Assembly (NCBI RefSeq): GCF_018977255.1
Contig: NW_024704743.1
Location: forward strand, 124,001 to 188,000
Reading direction: 5' to 3'
DNA length: 64,000 nucleotides
Source: Callorhinchus milii
Taxonomy: Eukaryota
The stretch's first letter is position 1; each line of letters starts with the position of its first letter. The notes below the pieces were generated by a model. That model did not search any database. It worked only from the letters and a program-made list of their open reading frames with translations, and was not told the origin of the DNA. The position numbers were made by a program, and so were the translations under genes. Of the stretch, positions 1-11,013 are shown piece by piece.

Positions 1-522
1 AGAGCAGCCTTCCCCCAAGGACCTCTCATATTCGCTGGCTGTTAGCTGATCTCAATCAGGGAAGCCTCAGCTCCCCTGGGTTAGGGAGGGGGAGCATCAG
101 TCAAGGGTTCTCTTTTCACAACCCTTGCTGGAAGGTGCGTGTGCGGATGTTAAGTAGGGACAGGATTGGGTTCAACTGGGATACCCCCACCCCGTCTCAC
201 ACTCAAATACCCTGCTGACACTCACCGTCAAGGCTGAGTGACACGTGACACGTGCTGTGGAGCCGATATTCTGTGCTGAGATCACAGTGCCTGCACCTCG
301 TTGGATTTACACTGGATTCAGTCCAACTGTAACCTTGGACTGCTCAAGGCCACTGTAGTTTTGGCTGTGATGTTATGAATGGAGCTAATGGTTATTGTAC
401 TGATAGCCAGGCAACACAAGGTCCTCTGATTAACAGGGAGTGAGAGATCTTGGCATGAGAGAGCTCTGCTCGTTCTTAAGGGGGAATCGTGTCTGCCCTT
501 AGCCGACGCTCTCCATCTGATC

Positions 523-905
523 ACAACAACAACAAATTACATTTATACACCGCCATTCACGTCGGGAGGGCATCCCACGACGCTGAAGAGCCAAAGATTT
601 GCACCCGAGCTGGGTGTTGAGATCAGGAGGTGAAGGAGTGAGGGTGACCAAATGCACGGTCGAAGAGGAGAGCCTTGAGATGGGCCTTGAAGGAGGCAAG
701 GGAGGGGGATGTGAAATGGAGTTCCAAAAGGTGGGGGCAGAGAGGGGCAGGGGACATGTTGATATGGAGTTAGCAGGTCACAGAAGTAGGAAGGAGCAAG
801 GCCATGGAGGGCTCTGAAGGCGAGGACAAGGGTTTTCAACTATATCCTCAGGGGGATGAGGAAGCAGTGGAGCCGGGCAAGGGAGGGTTTGATAGGGTCA
901 CCATC
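523..905 (-). mobile_element. L2 3' fragment
   Basis: ALHGLAPSY peptide remnant, stem-loop and (TTG)n tail. Confidence 0.85.
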
Positions 906-947
906 GCAGGGAGGTGAACATGACTTATACGTTTCATTTTGTTTCAG

Positions 948-1018
948 GAGGCTGCAAGGTGTGTTTCCTCGGTCTGATCCAATCCTTCAGCCATTACAGT
1001 CTCGTAGCCCAGAAACTG
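948..1018 (+). CDS. ELP6: ELP6 coding exon (71 nt)
   Basis: tttcag|GAGGCTGC...AAACTG|gtgagt; GCKVCFLGLIQSFSHYSLVAQKL. Confidence 0.93.
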
Positions 1019-4000
1019 GTGAGTTTTGGCAAGCCGGGAGGGTCTCCAGATGGGGCACAAGACTGACTTAGTTTTCATCAGTTAATCTACTTCATTCAGT
1101 TAGACTTACTTTCATTTCAGAGGTAGTTTCCACACCTGAAGGTGATTGAGTGTGTGGATGTGTGTCGGAGAGATAGAGAGGCCGGGCTGTGGGGACGAAT
1201 GGGGTGGGTGGGCCAGAGGTGGGAAAGCGGGAGACTACAGAGATCCACTTCAGTTGAGATGTTAAACTGAGGTCTTGTCTCCCTGCTGTTCCGGCTCTCT
1301 GCAGTCTCCCCCTCTCTCACCTCTGGTGTTTTCAGGCAGATTTTACAATACAAATTTACATTTAAACAGTGCCTATCATATCAGGAGGACGTCCCAAGAC
1401 ATTTGACATCCTGTTATGGCATCTGAGCTGGAGGTTAGAACCTAGAGGACGGGAGGGGGGAAGGGAAAGATGAAGGTGCGGTCAAAGAAGTGGACCTTGA
1501 AGAAGTCGGAGGGACTCCGAGAGGGGGCGCGGGCGAGGTGAAGGGTCTCTGGGATGGAGTTCCGGAGAGTGAGAACAGATTGGCTGAAAAGCTGACCGGC
1601 GATGGTGGGGTGGGTAGAGTGGAGGAGATGAATTTTCTGCCGTAACTTTGTCCTTGGCACCCTGAACCTGCGTGCTTCCGGATGTACTCAGCCAATCCCA
1701 TTTAGCACCTTGTGTACCTCCCTCACTCACTCTCTGTCTCTGGTTATCTCCTGCCAGGGAGTGAATCTGCCCGCAGCCAGGCAGCAGGGCCAACTGGTCT
1801 TTATGGAAGGACTCCGATCGTCTCTGGACCTCTTACTCACTCATGAACCGGAAGGGACGGCCACACAGAGCGAGTCTCCTCTCCAGTTCCTAAGGTACAG
1901 GGCATTTAGGAGTGAAATCAGGGGCAGTTTTTCACACAAAGGCTAGTGGAAATATGGAAATCTCTCCCCTAAAAGGCTGTGGATCCTGGATTCATTCACA
2001 TTGTCAAGATTGAAGTGGAGAGATATTTGTTAGGTCAGAGTATCAAGGGATATGGGGAATAGGAGTAATTGGAGTTGAGATACAGAGCAGCCATGGTCGT
2101 ATAGAATGGCACAGGCTTGAGGGGCAGAATGGCCTCCTCCTGTTTCTATGTTCTTGTCCTCTTCCCCCTGTTCGCCGTCCTCACTGAAGGCTTGTGAGGT
2201 GAAGCACAGTTCTTACCTGTTGCCGTGCACCGACCAGCCTTGAATTCCGCAGCTGTGCGAGGCCTGGCTGGTATCTGATGGCCATCGACAGCCGGCATTG
2301 CAGGGGAGCAGCGATCGTGCTACAGTCTATGCACCTCAGCTTGGCCTGCTCAACGCATAGTTGTTGGCCTTCACAGCTAATCGCCGTGCCAGGCACTGAC
2401 TGACTGGCTGCTTACAAAGGATCCACCTGCAAAGCTCGACTGATCTGGAGAGAGAGATTGCTCGGAGAAAAATAATAATATAATAATAGTAGCACAAATC
2501 TGGAATTCTCTCCCCCAAAAGTTCCACACACCTCTTAAACACAGGCTTGTGTGCGTGGAGTAAGGAAACTTGTCAAAGATTTTGCCCTGCCCGGGAATCA
2601 AACCCAGGTCCCCTCGCTTGCAAGGCGAGTGCTCTAACCACTAAGCTATAGGACTCCATATAACTAGATAAGCTCCTCCTTATTATTATTATGATATTTA
2701 TTATATATCCTTGCTGTGCAGCTCCCCTGGTGCTGACCTGCGGAGCCTGTACCGGTTTGTGAGAACGTCACTCTCGCCGAGCCCCGGAAGCGGCTGGAAG
2801 TTCCCGGTGCTGATCGTGGACGATCTCAGTGTCCTGCTCAGTCTGGGCGTTAGCACCACCAACATCCTCAGCTTCATCCATTACTGTAGGGCCAGCATCT
2901 GCTCCCAGCTTCAGGTAAGGATCTCCTCTGCCCTTCGTGGAACCCTGTAGTTCAGTGGTTAAGTAGGAATCCACTCGTTAGTCGATTGACGGATCGCTTT
3001 CCCTTGGGTAATAATCCCTTAAAAAATGTGGTCACTGAATCCACGACTGTTTGTGGGACACTCACTGCTGTGCGCAATTGGCTGCCGCGTTTCACCCACA
3101 AAATACACAGTCGATTCACTCTACACTATATGATGGGAAGCTCTTTGAGACGTCTAGAAGACGTGATAAGGCGCCATATCAAATGCAAAAGAATATTATC
3201 TCCGCTCTGCCGGAAAAGCTTAGTTGCTAAAACCCTGTTTTAGGTTTAAAACCCCGCCGTGAAACTCTTTCAGGCTGTGTGTCAGCCTGGCTCAGTGGTG
3301 GCACTCTCGCCTCTGGGTCAGAATGTTGTGGGTTCAAGCCCCACGTCGGGGCTCATCCAAAGAGCCAGTACAGGCATGATGGGCTGAATGGCCTCCTTGG
3401 TGCTGTAAGATTCTATGATTTATGAAAGGCGCTGAACAGATGTAATGTGTTGTTGTTGTCTTCGGTGTCAGGGCAATGTGGTGGTGCTCGCACATGACGA
3501 CGCTGACTCGGAGGACGAGGAGAATGAGCTGCTGGTGAAGTCGCTGCAGCACCAGAGCCACCTGACGTTGCGGGCGGAGGGGCTGGTCACCGGCTACTGC
3601 AAGGACATCCACGGGCAGGTAACAGGCATAGGTACATTCTGATAGCGCCTTTATCACGTCGTCGAGATGTCTCAAAGCGCCTCACAGAATACACTGTAAA
3701 ATGATTTGACTGTATTTTGTGAGTGAAACTCGGCAGCCAATTGCGCACAGCAGCGTCCCCATTTTATTACATTTCTTTGCATTTGCAAGCGCACAGTCAC
3801 TACACTTCACGGTAAAATCCCCCAGTGCTCTGTTAGACATTTTGATGACATTATGAGGTGAAATATCAAATGCAAGGATTATACAATAAACTCAGGATAA
3901 TTGAACCTGGCTTTACTTGTCACTATCACTTAAGTTAGATCCAACTGGCGGCCCATGGGCCGCATCCGGCCCAGAGGATGATTTTGTTCAGCCCGCCCTC

Positions 4001-4929
4001 TCGCTCCGTCCCTTCCCAGTGAACCATCCTTTCATGGCAGCGGCAGGAGCCAGAGGTTGGTTGGCCTCGGACCGACTTGCTTCCCTCAGCTCGAGAGGGG
4101 CTTCCTGGTAGACCGCAGTAACGGCCGGTATTATTTCCACTCCCCGCAGCACAATGTGCTGTCAGGCTGTCAGAAACTGAGGTCCCGTGTGTACCTGTTC
4201 AGCATGGCACTGTTGGAAAAAAGAAGGGTGTTTCTCTCTCTCTCCCTCACGGTGTCGTGGCTGGCAATCCACCAGATAAAATTGGTCATTTGTTTCATGG
4301 CTGTTTGTGGGACACAGCTGTGCGCAAATTGGTTTCCGAGTTCATCCGCACAACACACACAGACAGACCGCTTTACAGTGTATCCTGGGAAGCTTTGAAA
4401 GATCTCGACGTTAAGCTACATCAATGCGAGTATTATAATAATCGCTGCATTTGATGTAGTGCCTTATCACGTCGTTGAGACGCCTCAAAACGATTCACAG
4501 AATATATAGCAAAGTGGATTGAAGGCATATTTTGTGGGCGAAACACGTCAGCCACGCGCACAGCAGTGAGCCACAAACGGTAGATTGAGTGACCAAATTA
4601 TTATTTTTTGAAGGATTATTACCCCTAGAAAGGGATTTGCCAATTGACTAACAACTGGTTCCTACTTACTGCGAGGTAAACAGAGGCGTGTGCAGTAAGG
4701 AAACTTACCTAAAGAGAATCGAACCCAGATCCTCTCGCTTGCGAGACTGGCTAGCTGACTACTGTGCTTCGGGACTACACATCTCATTATTGTCTTCCCT
4801 TGTTTTCAGCTGAAGATCACGCTACGGTCTCCTTTGCCCGGCCGGAATACGACCAAAGTTTTCCAGTACAAGATACAAGATAAAAACGTGTCCTTCTTTG
4901 CCAGAGGAACCTCACCCGCTGTGCTGTAG
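948..4929 (+). CDS. ELP6: Elongator complex protein 6, 5'-partial; join(948..1018,1758..1894,2722..2914,3472..3618,4810..4929)
   Basis: Five GT-AG exons with compatible phases translate to CKVCFLGLIQSFSHYSLVAQKL...PVLIVDDLSVLLSLG...QYKIQDKNVSFFARGTSPAVL*, matching recalled vertebrate ELP6. Upstream exons lie outside the window. Confidence 0.96.
1758..1894 (+). CDS. ELP6: ELP6 coding exon (137 nt)
   Basis: ctgccag|GGAGTG...CTAAG|gtacag; GVNLPAARQQGQLVFMEGL...PLQFL. Confidence 0.93.
1898..2155 (+). mobile_element. CR1-clade LINE 3' fragment
   Basis: TTTTTCACACAAAGG..GTGGAAAT.TGGAA and AATGGCCT.CTCCTGTT.CTATGTTC tail; similar copies near 33125, 44240 and 58780. Confidence 0.78.
2722..2914 (+). 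CDS. ELP6: ELP6 coding exon (193 nt)
   Basis: tgcag|CTCCCCT...CTTCAG|gtaagg; WKFPVLIVDDLSVLLSLG...FIHYCRASIC. Confidence 0.94.
3472..3618 (+). CDS. ELP6: ELP6 coding exon (147 nt)
   Basis: gtcag|GGCAAT...GGGCAG|gtaaca; GNVVVLAHDD...LRAEGLVTGYCKDIHGQ. Confidence 0.95.
4435..4778 (-). mobile_element. tRNA-derived SINE, same family
   Basis: Head, core and tail in reverse complement. Confidence 0.82.
4810..4929 (+). CDS. ELP6: ELP6 terminal coding exon
   Basis: ttttcag|CTGAAG...GTGCTGTAG; FQYKIQDKNVSFFARGTSPAVL*. Confidence 0.95.
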   Translation: MKITLRSPLPGRNTTKVFQYKIQDKNVSFFARGTSPAVL

Positions 4930-5002
4930 AGGATTAGATCAAAACGCTGCCACCGGTTTCACAGAGAGCCTGAGACTCCTGACCTTCTGTCCACTGCACA
5001 AA

Positions 5003-5390
5003 GAGTCCCGTAGCTCAGTGGTTAGAGCGCTTGCCTCGCAAGCGAGAGGAACTAGGTTTGATTCCCGTGCAGGTCGAAACATTGGGCAAGTTTCCTTACC
5101 CCATACTCTGTTTATGGGGTACCTCACGACTCTGTTTACCGAGTAAGTAGGAACTCGTTTGTTAGTCGATTGGCGGATCGCTTTTCTGGGGCTAATAATC
5201 CCTTCAAAAAAACAATTATGTGGTCACTCAATCCATGAGCGTTTGTGGGACGCTGCTGTGAGCCATTGGCTGCCACGTTTCGCCCGAAAAACATACAGTC
5301 AGTTCACTTGACGATGTATTCCGTGAAGCGCTTTGAGACGTCTTGAAGATGTGATAAGGCGCTGTATCAATTGCAAGGATTATTATATTA
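5003..5390 (+). mobile_element. tRNA-Ala-like SINE with Deu-type core and L2-like tail (representative of roughly 45 copies)
   Basis: A-box TAGCTCAGTGG, B-box-like GGTTTGATTCC, core TGTGGGAC.CTGCTGTG.GC.ATTGGCTGCC, stem-loop tail, (ATT)n. Confidence 0.9.
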
Positions 5391-5911
5391 TGCTGTGCAA
5401 AGCCAGCGATAGGAAACGGAGCACTTTGCCATTTCAGTGTGAATACCAGGACTTCCAGGTGGTATCTTTTATTTCAGCCCACATTTAGTCCAATTTCTGT
5501 TGCCCCTTCCCCCTCCCACCTCCCTCAACTCCCCACACTGGTGCGAGTCTCATCCATTTCTCACAGCCACTCATCTTCTTTACCGCCAAGGGGAATTTTT
5601 TTTTTGCTGCCCGCCCACGCAAAGCACACGGGGTTTTGAGACTGACCCATACTCCTTTCACAACAAATCTGTTCACCAAATCCACAGTGTATATTTGACA
5701 CAAGGCTCTCAGTGTAAACAATAATAATCCTTGCATTTGATATAGCGCCTTACCACGTCTTCGAGGCGTCTCAAAGCGCTTCACGGGATGTACTGTACAA
5801 ATGAATTTTGTGGGCAAAATGCGGCAGCCGATCGGATGAGCTGCTCACCCGAACAGACGGGCAGCGAAAACTCCCCTCCGTCGCCAGATTTCGCAGTGCG
5901 CGCGATCGCAA

Positions 5912-5917
5912 AATAAA
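5912..5917 (+). terminator. Candidate ELP6 poly(A) signal AATAAA
   Basis: First canonical AATAAA I found after the ELP6 stop; followed by T/GT-rich sequence. Confidence 0.45.
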
Positions 5918-6142
5918 TCTCAATATTTTTGGTCAGTTTGACGTTTCTGGAACTCTTGCCCGCCCTGTGTACAGCCGCGGAAGAAAACCGATCACCCCGA
6001 GAGATCCGTGTAAAGTCTGCCAACCTTACGCGGGTCTCTCGCGGTGATGGGTTTCCTTCCCCGGGTGTACGTGCGTCTGGAAGTGCACGCGTCTGGAAGG
6101 GAATGCGCACCCTCTCTCCCTGGAGGGATGTTCTCTGCTTAT

Positions 6143-6450
6143 CTAACAACAACGACAGCGACATTATACGTGTATTCGCACCTTTCATGTCGGGAGGACG
6201 TCCCGAGGCGCTGGACAGACAGACAGAGTTGCGGACCCGAGCTGGGTGGGGGCGGGGGGGGGGGGGGCAGGGGTCGGGGTGGGGGAGGGGGGGAGGGGAG
6301 GGGAGGAAGCGGGGAGATCGAAAGCAACGGTCGAGGGAGGAGGAGGGGCTTGAAGCGGCGAGGGAGGGGGCGAGGCGGAGGGAACCGCGGGGATGGAGTT
6401 CCAGAGGGTGGGGCGCAGTGGCGGAAGGTCCGCCCGCCGGTAGTGGGGCG
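6143..6450 (-). mobile_element. L2 3' fragment in the upstream part of the CpG island
   Basis: cctttcatgtcgggaggacgtccc tail and ggatggagttccagag body. Confidence 0.75.
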
Positions 6451-7055
6451 GGGGGGTGGTGGGCGGGGGCGCGGGGGCGGGGTGGTGGTGGGCGGGGGGG
6501 TGGGGCGGTGGGCGGGGGGCTCGGCAAGTGCTTTGGCCGGTTTACTAACCCCCCCCCCCCACACTCCCCCCCCCCACCCCCACAACTCCCCACCACTGGG
6601 TGTGAAGGGCAAGTTGTTGTTGCTGCCAGTTGTGCTGACGTCAGCGCGGTGGGGGGGGTGGAGGGGCGGGAGCCGTCGACTTGGCGTGCCCGCCGTGCGT
6701 CATGACGTAAGCGGGAGAGAGGGGTGCGCTGTGTGAGGGCGAGTCGGCGACTCGCCGTGCGTAATGACGTGAGCGGGGCGGGGCGGTGTCAGCGATCGGG
6801 CGGTTGGGCGCGCGGGGCTGCCGGTTGCCTGGAGACGGAGGCCGTGAGCTCGCGGGCCGTGCGGGGGGGGGGGGGAGGGGAGAGGGCAGGGCATCCATAG
6901 GAGGTGAGGAGAGAAGAGGGACGACTCCGCTCCACTCAGGTGAGGACATCTCTCTCTCTCTCGCCCCGGATCCCAACCGCCCCCACCCCACACTTGTCAG
7001 GCCGTGAGCCTGGGCCCTGGGCCCGAGTACACGCTGCCACAGCAGCATCGGCGTG
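6200..7055 (+). promoter_or_regulatory. CpG island, probable SCAP promoter with CRE/ATF sites and GC boxes
   Basis: Very GC- and CpG-rich; TGACGTCA 6636-6643, TGCGTCATGACGTAA 6696-6710, TGACGTG 6765-6771, GGGGCGGG boxes near 6663 and 6775; the only such island between ELP6 and the SCAP coding exons. Confidence 0.7.
6790..6939 (+). other. SCAP: Putative non-coding SCAP exon 1 (start approximate)
   Basis: Strong donor CAG|gtgagg at 6939/6940 in the island; the SCAP ATG exon has its own acceptor at 31137, so an upstream UTR exon is required. Confidence 0.45.
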
Positions 7056-7595
7056 TCTCACACACACACACACGTACTCACACACACATGTACTCACACA
7101 CACATGTACTCACACACACATGTACTCACACACACATACTCACACACACATGTACTCACACACGCAGAGGTACTCACCCACACACACACACGTACTCATA
7201 CATACATGTACTCACACACACACATGTACTCACACACACACATGTACACACACACACACATGTACTCACACACACACGTACTCACACATGTACTCACACA
7301 CACACGTACTCACACACACACGTACTCACACACACGTACTCACACACACATGTACTCACACACACACAGACATGTACTCACACACGTACTCGCACACACA
7401 TGTACTCATACACACACACGTACTCACACACGCAGAGGTACTCACCCACACACACACACGTACTCATACATACACACACATGTACTCACACACACATACA
7501 CACACACACATGTACTCACATACACACATACTCACACACATACGTACTCACACACACACGTACTCACTCACACACACACACACGTATTCACACAC
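7056..7595. repeat. Compound (CA)n-GTACTC minisatellite
   Basis: Tandem units such as CACACACATGTACT and CACACACACGTACT with variable CA number. Confidence 0.95.
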
Positions 7596-7980
7596 ACAAC
7601 AACAACTTGGATTTATACAGCGCCCTCCGCGCCGAACGGCGTCTCAGAGCGCTTTACAGTAACGGATCCCGGGGCCGAGCCTGGGGGAGTGGGGGAGTGG
7701 GGGGGGGTGGGGGGAAGATGACCGAAGGTGCGGTCGAAAAGAAAGGTCTTCAGCGGAGACCTGAAAATGGGAAGGGAGGGAGTGAGACGAAGGGAGTGAG
7801 GAAGGCAGTTCCAGAGCCTCGGGGCGTAGTGGCTGAAGGCACGGCCGCCGAGGGGGGAGCGGAGGGCTCGGGGCACCAGGAGGAGGCCAGACCCCGGGGG
7901 AACGCAGGCAACGGGTAACTGTGCTGAGGAGAGAGGAGGTCGGAGAGGTCGCGGGGTGCAGAGGAGCGCAGGGAATTGAA
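7596..7980 (-). mobile_element. L2 3' fragment, second tail type
   Basis: GGRAFSHYAPRLWN...LKTFLFD remnant; tail ...CGGAGGGCGCTGTATAAATCCAAGTTGTTG. Confidence 0.85.
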
Positions 7981-8048
7981 TACGAGAGTGAGGAGTATGT
8001 GTGCAAGTGTGAATCTATAACAACTTGGATTTATATAGCGCCCTCCAC

Positions 8049-8726
8049 ATACTCACACACACAAGTACTCACCCCCACACGTACTCACGCGCGCACACAT
8101 ATACTCACACATTTACGTATACACACACACACATACTCACACACAAACATACGTACTCACACACAAATACCCATACTCACACATACACACATGTACTTAC
8201 AGACACGTACTCGCAGACATATTTATACATATATACTCTCATACGCGCACACATTCATATATGCATACACACATGTATACATATACACACATACATACAC
8301 ACATACATATATACATATTATACACACACATGGACACACACCTATAAATGCATATATATATATAAACATTTAGCGCTCTGAGATGCCGTCCGGCGTGGAG
8401 GGCGCTATATAAATCCAAGTTGTTATATATTCATACTTGCACACATACTCCCACAGGTATGATACGATATATACAGGTGTATATACATTTTGTGAGTGTG
8501 AGTATGCATACACACATATACACATCCATATTATACATACACGCATTTCTGAATATTGTATACTCAATGTGCCACATGTATACTCATATGTTTTTACACT
8601 AACATACATATAAAATCATACTGTATAAACACATATATATCCCCTCATATATATACACATATAGCCATACACAAATATATATATCCTCACATATGTAGAT
8701 ATATATTTGTATATGTATATGACATA
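8049..8726. repeat. Degenerate CA/TA low-complexity continuation of the minisatellite
   Basis: ACAC/ATAT/ATAC-rich, with relic TACTCAC units. Confidence 0.8.
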
Positions 8727-10525
8727 CAACAACAACAACAACAACAAGATTCCATTTATAGAGCGCCTTTCACGTCAGGAGGACGTCCCAAGGCGCTGCA
8801 CAGTTGGGTCATGACCCGAGCAGGGGGGAAATGGTCAGGGTGAGGGGAGGGAAGGGAGGGAGAGAGGAGGGGGAAATGGTCAGGGTGAGGGGAGGGAAGG
8901 GAGGGAGCGAGGAGGAGGAAGAGAGTCGAGAGGGGAGCTGAAGGCACGGTCAAAGAGAAAGGTTTTGAGACCGGCCTTGAAGGAGGAAAGGGAGGAAGCA
9001 AGGCGAAGGCACTGGGGGATGGAGTTCCAGAGCCTCGGGGCTGAGAGGCTGAAGGCCCGACCACCGATAGTAGGGCGGTTGGGGCGGGGGACGTGGAGCA
9101 GACCGGAGCCAGAGGAACGGAGGGTACGGGCAGGTAGGTAGGGGGATAGTAGGTTGGAGAGGTAGGAGGGAGCAAGGCCGTGAATGGCCTTGTAGGTGAG
9201 GATGAGGATCTTGAAATCAATCCTCTGGGGGATGGGGAGCCAGTGGAGGCGAGCGAGGGTGGGAGTGATGTGGTCCCGAAGCCTGGTGCGGGACAGTACA
9301 CGAGCTGCAGAGTTCTGAATGACCTGCAGCTTGTGGAGGGAGGTGGCGGGAAGGCCGGCGAGGAGAGAGTTCCCATAGTCCAGCCTTGAGGTGACAAAGG
9401 CGTGAACCAGGGTTTCAGCAGCGTGAGGGGTGAGGTAGTGCCGTAATCTGGCGATATTCCGGAGGTGATGGAAGGCGGTGCCAGTTGTGGTGCGGATGTG
9501 AGGGAGAAAGGACAGCTCAGGGTCGAACAAAACGCCGAGGTTCCTGACTGGCTTTGAGAGGTGGAGAGTGCAGCCTTGGATGCTGATGGTGTCAGCGCCT
9601 GAGGTGCGGAGGCGCTGACGTGAGCCAATCAGGAGGGCCTCGGTTTTTTGCACGTTGAGCTGAAGAAAGTTGTCTCTCGTCCAGGACTCGATGTCGGACA
9701 GGCAGGCTGTCAGGACATCGGTGGTCGTGGAGTTGAGAGTAGAGGAGGAAAGGTAGAGTTGGGTGTCATCCGCATACATGTGGAAGTTAACCCCATGTTT
9801 GCGGATGATGTCACCAAGGGGGAGCATATAGAGGGTGAAGAGGAGGGGACCGAGGACAGAGCCCTGAGGGACACCACATGAGACAGTACGGGGGGTGGAG
9901 GAGAAGCCATTCGTTGAGACGAAGTGAAGACGGTGAGAAAGGTACGACCTAAACCATTCAAGGACAGTGCCTTGAAAGTTGAGGTGGGAGGACAAGCGGT
10001 GGAGTAGGATAGTGTGGTCGACCGTATCGAATGCTGCCGATAGGTCGAGGAGGACGAGGAGACAGAGGGAGCCCTGGTCACAGATGGTCAGGATGTCATT
10101 GGTGACCTTGACCAGGGCAGTTTCTGTGCTATGAGCAGCACGGAAACCTGACTGAAGGGGTTCAAAAAGAGAATGGGTGGAGAGGAAAGAGCGCAGTTGG
10201 GAGGCGACAACTCTTTCCAAGACTTTGGAGAGAAAGGGGAGGTTGGAGATGGGCCGGTAGCTTGATAGCTGCGACGCATCAAGGGAGGGTTTTTTCAGGG
10301 TGGGCGTGATGATGGCAGTTTTTAATGGAATGGGGACAGAGCCAGAGGAGAGGGACAGGTTTATGATGTCAGTGATGTGTGGGACAAGAAAATGGAGCTG
10401 GGAGATAAGGAGTGGAGTGGGGATGGGGTCAAGGGAGCAGGTGGTTGGTTTTAGGGATAGGATGAGTTCAGTGACAGGGTGGGGAAACGGGTACGAAGGT
10501 GTGTAGGGGAGGATGGGTAGGAGCA
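8727..10525 (-). mobile_element. L2-clade LINE, 5'-truncated, RT frame intact
   Basis: Open frame 10523->8880 with [28 protein letters not shown]-type motif, [16 protein letters not shown] and LHWLP; 3' stem-loop plus (TTG)n tail; GACATA on both flanks. Confidence 0.96.
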
Positions 10526-11013
10526 GACATATGTACGTATCTTCACAGGTATATATTAATAATCTTTAAATTTGCCTTAATCCCTGCTCTGACCCACTTT
10601 AAGAAGCGCACACAAGCTCCCCTCATTTTCTCTGAGGGAATATATTCACTTATTATTTTTGGATAAACTCATTCCCCCCCACAGTTTTTATTGCTTATTA
10701 TATTGCATTATTAATATTATTGTGGTAGTAAAGGTTTATGAATTGTGTCTTCTCTTTCTAATTGGAAACACATTAAGAATCTCATAATCCGATGTGTTTT
10801 TTGGATAAAGCTTCTCTTAATGACCATTGCAAATTGTACATACTTTTCTGCTCAGATATCCTCCAGTTTGGGGTGGTGGGGGGGGTGGGGAAGGTAACGG
10901 ATCTGAACTGACTCCAAGGTGACATGCCTGGCAATGGAATGACAGAATCAAGCCAGCCCTCTTCGATAGCTTTGGTAGTCCGGTTCCTGAGCCAGGCAAG
11001 ACCCCAGTCGCAC

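Noticed and set aside
30..300. Possible ancient SINE-like repeat
   Set aside because: Looks familiar, but there is no second copy in the window and I cannot name it reliably
5003..5075. tRNA-Ala-like genes at SINE heads
   Set aside because: A/B boxes and anticodon arm are present, but the acceptor stem does not pair and each runs into SINE body
5991..6000. Sterol regulatory element ATCACCCCGA
   Set aside because: Only 8/10 to ATCACCCCAC, next to a repeat fragment and far from the likely TSS
5781..7048. Gly/Pro/Arg-rich ORFs of 130-270 aa
   Set aside because: By-product of the GC-rich island and an L2 fragment
7056..7595. CRISPR-like array
   Set aside because: No unique spacers, vertebrate context, no cas genes
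6904..7918. Long His/Thr-rich ORFs in three frames
   Set aside because: Translations of a stop-free CA minisatellite, with no splice or homology support
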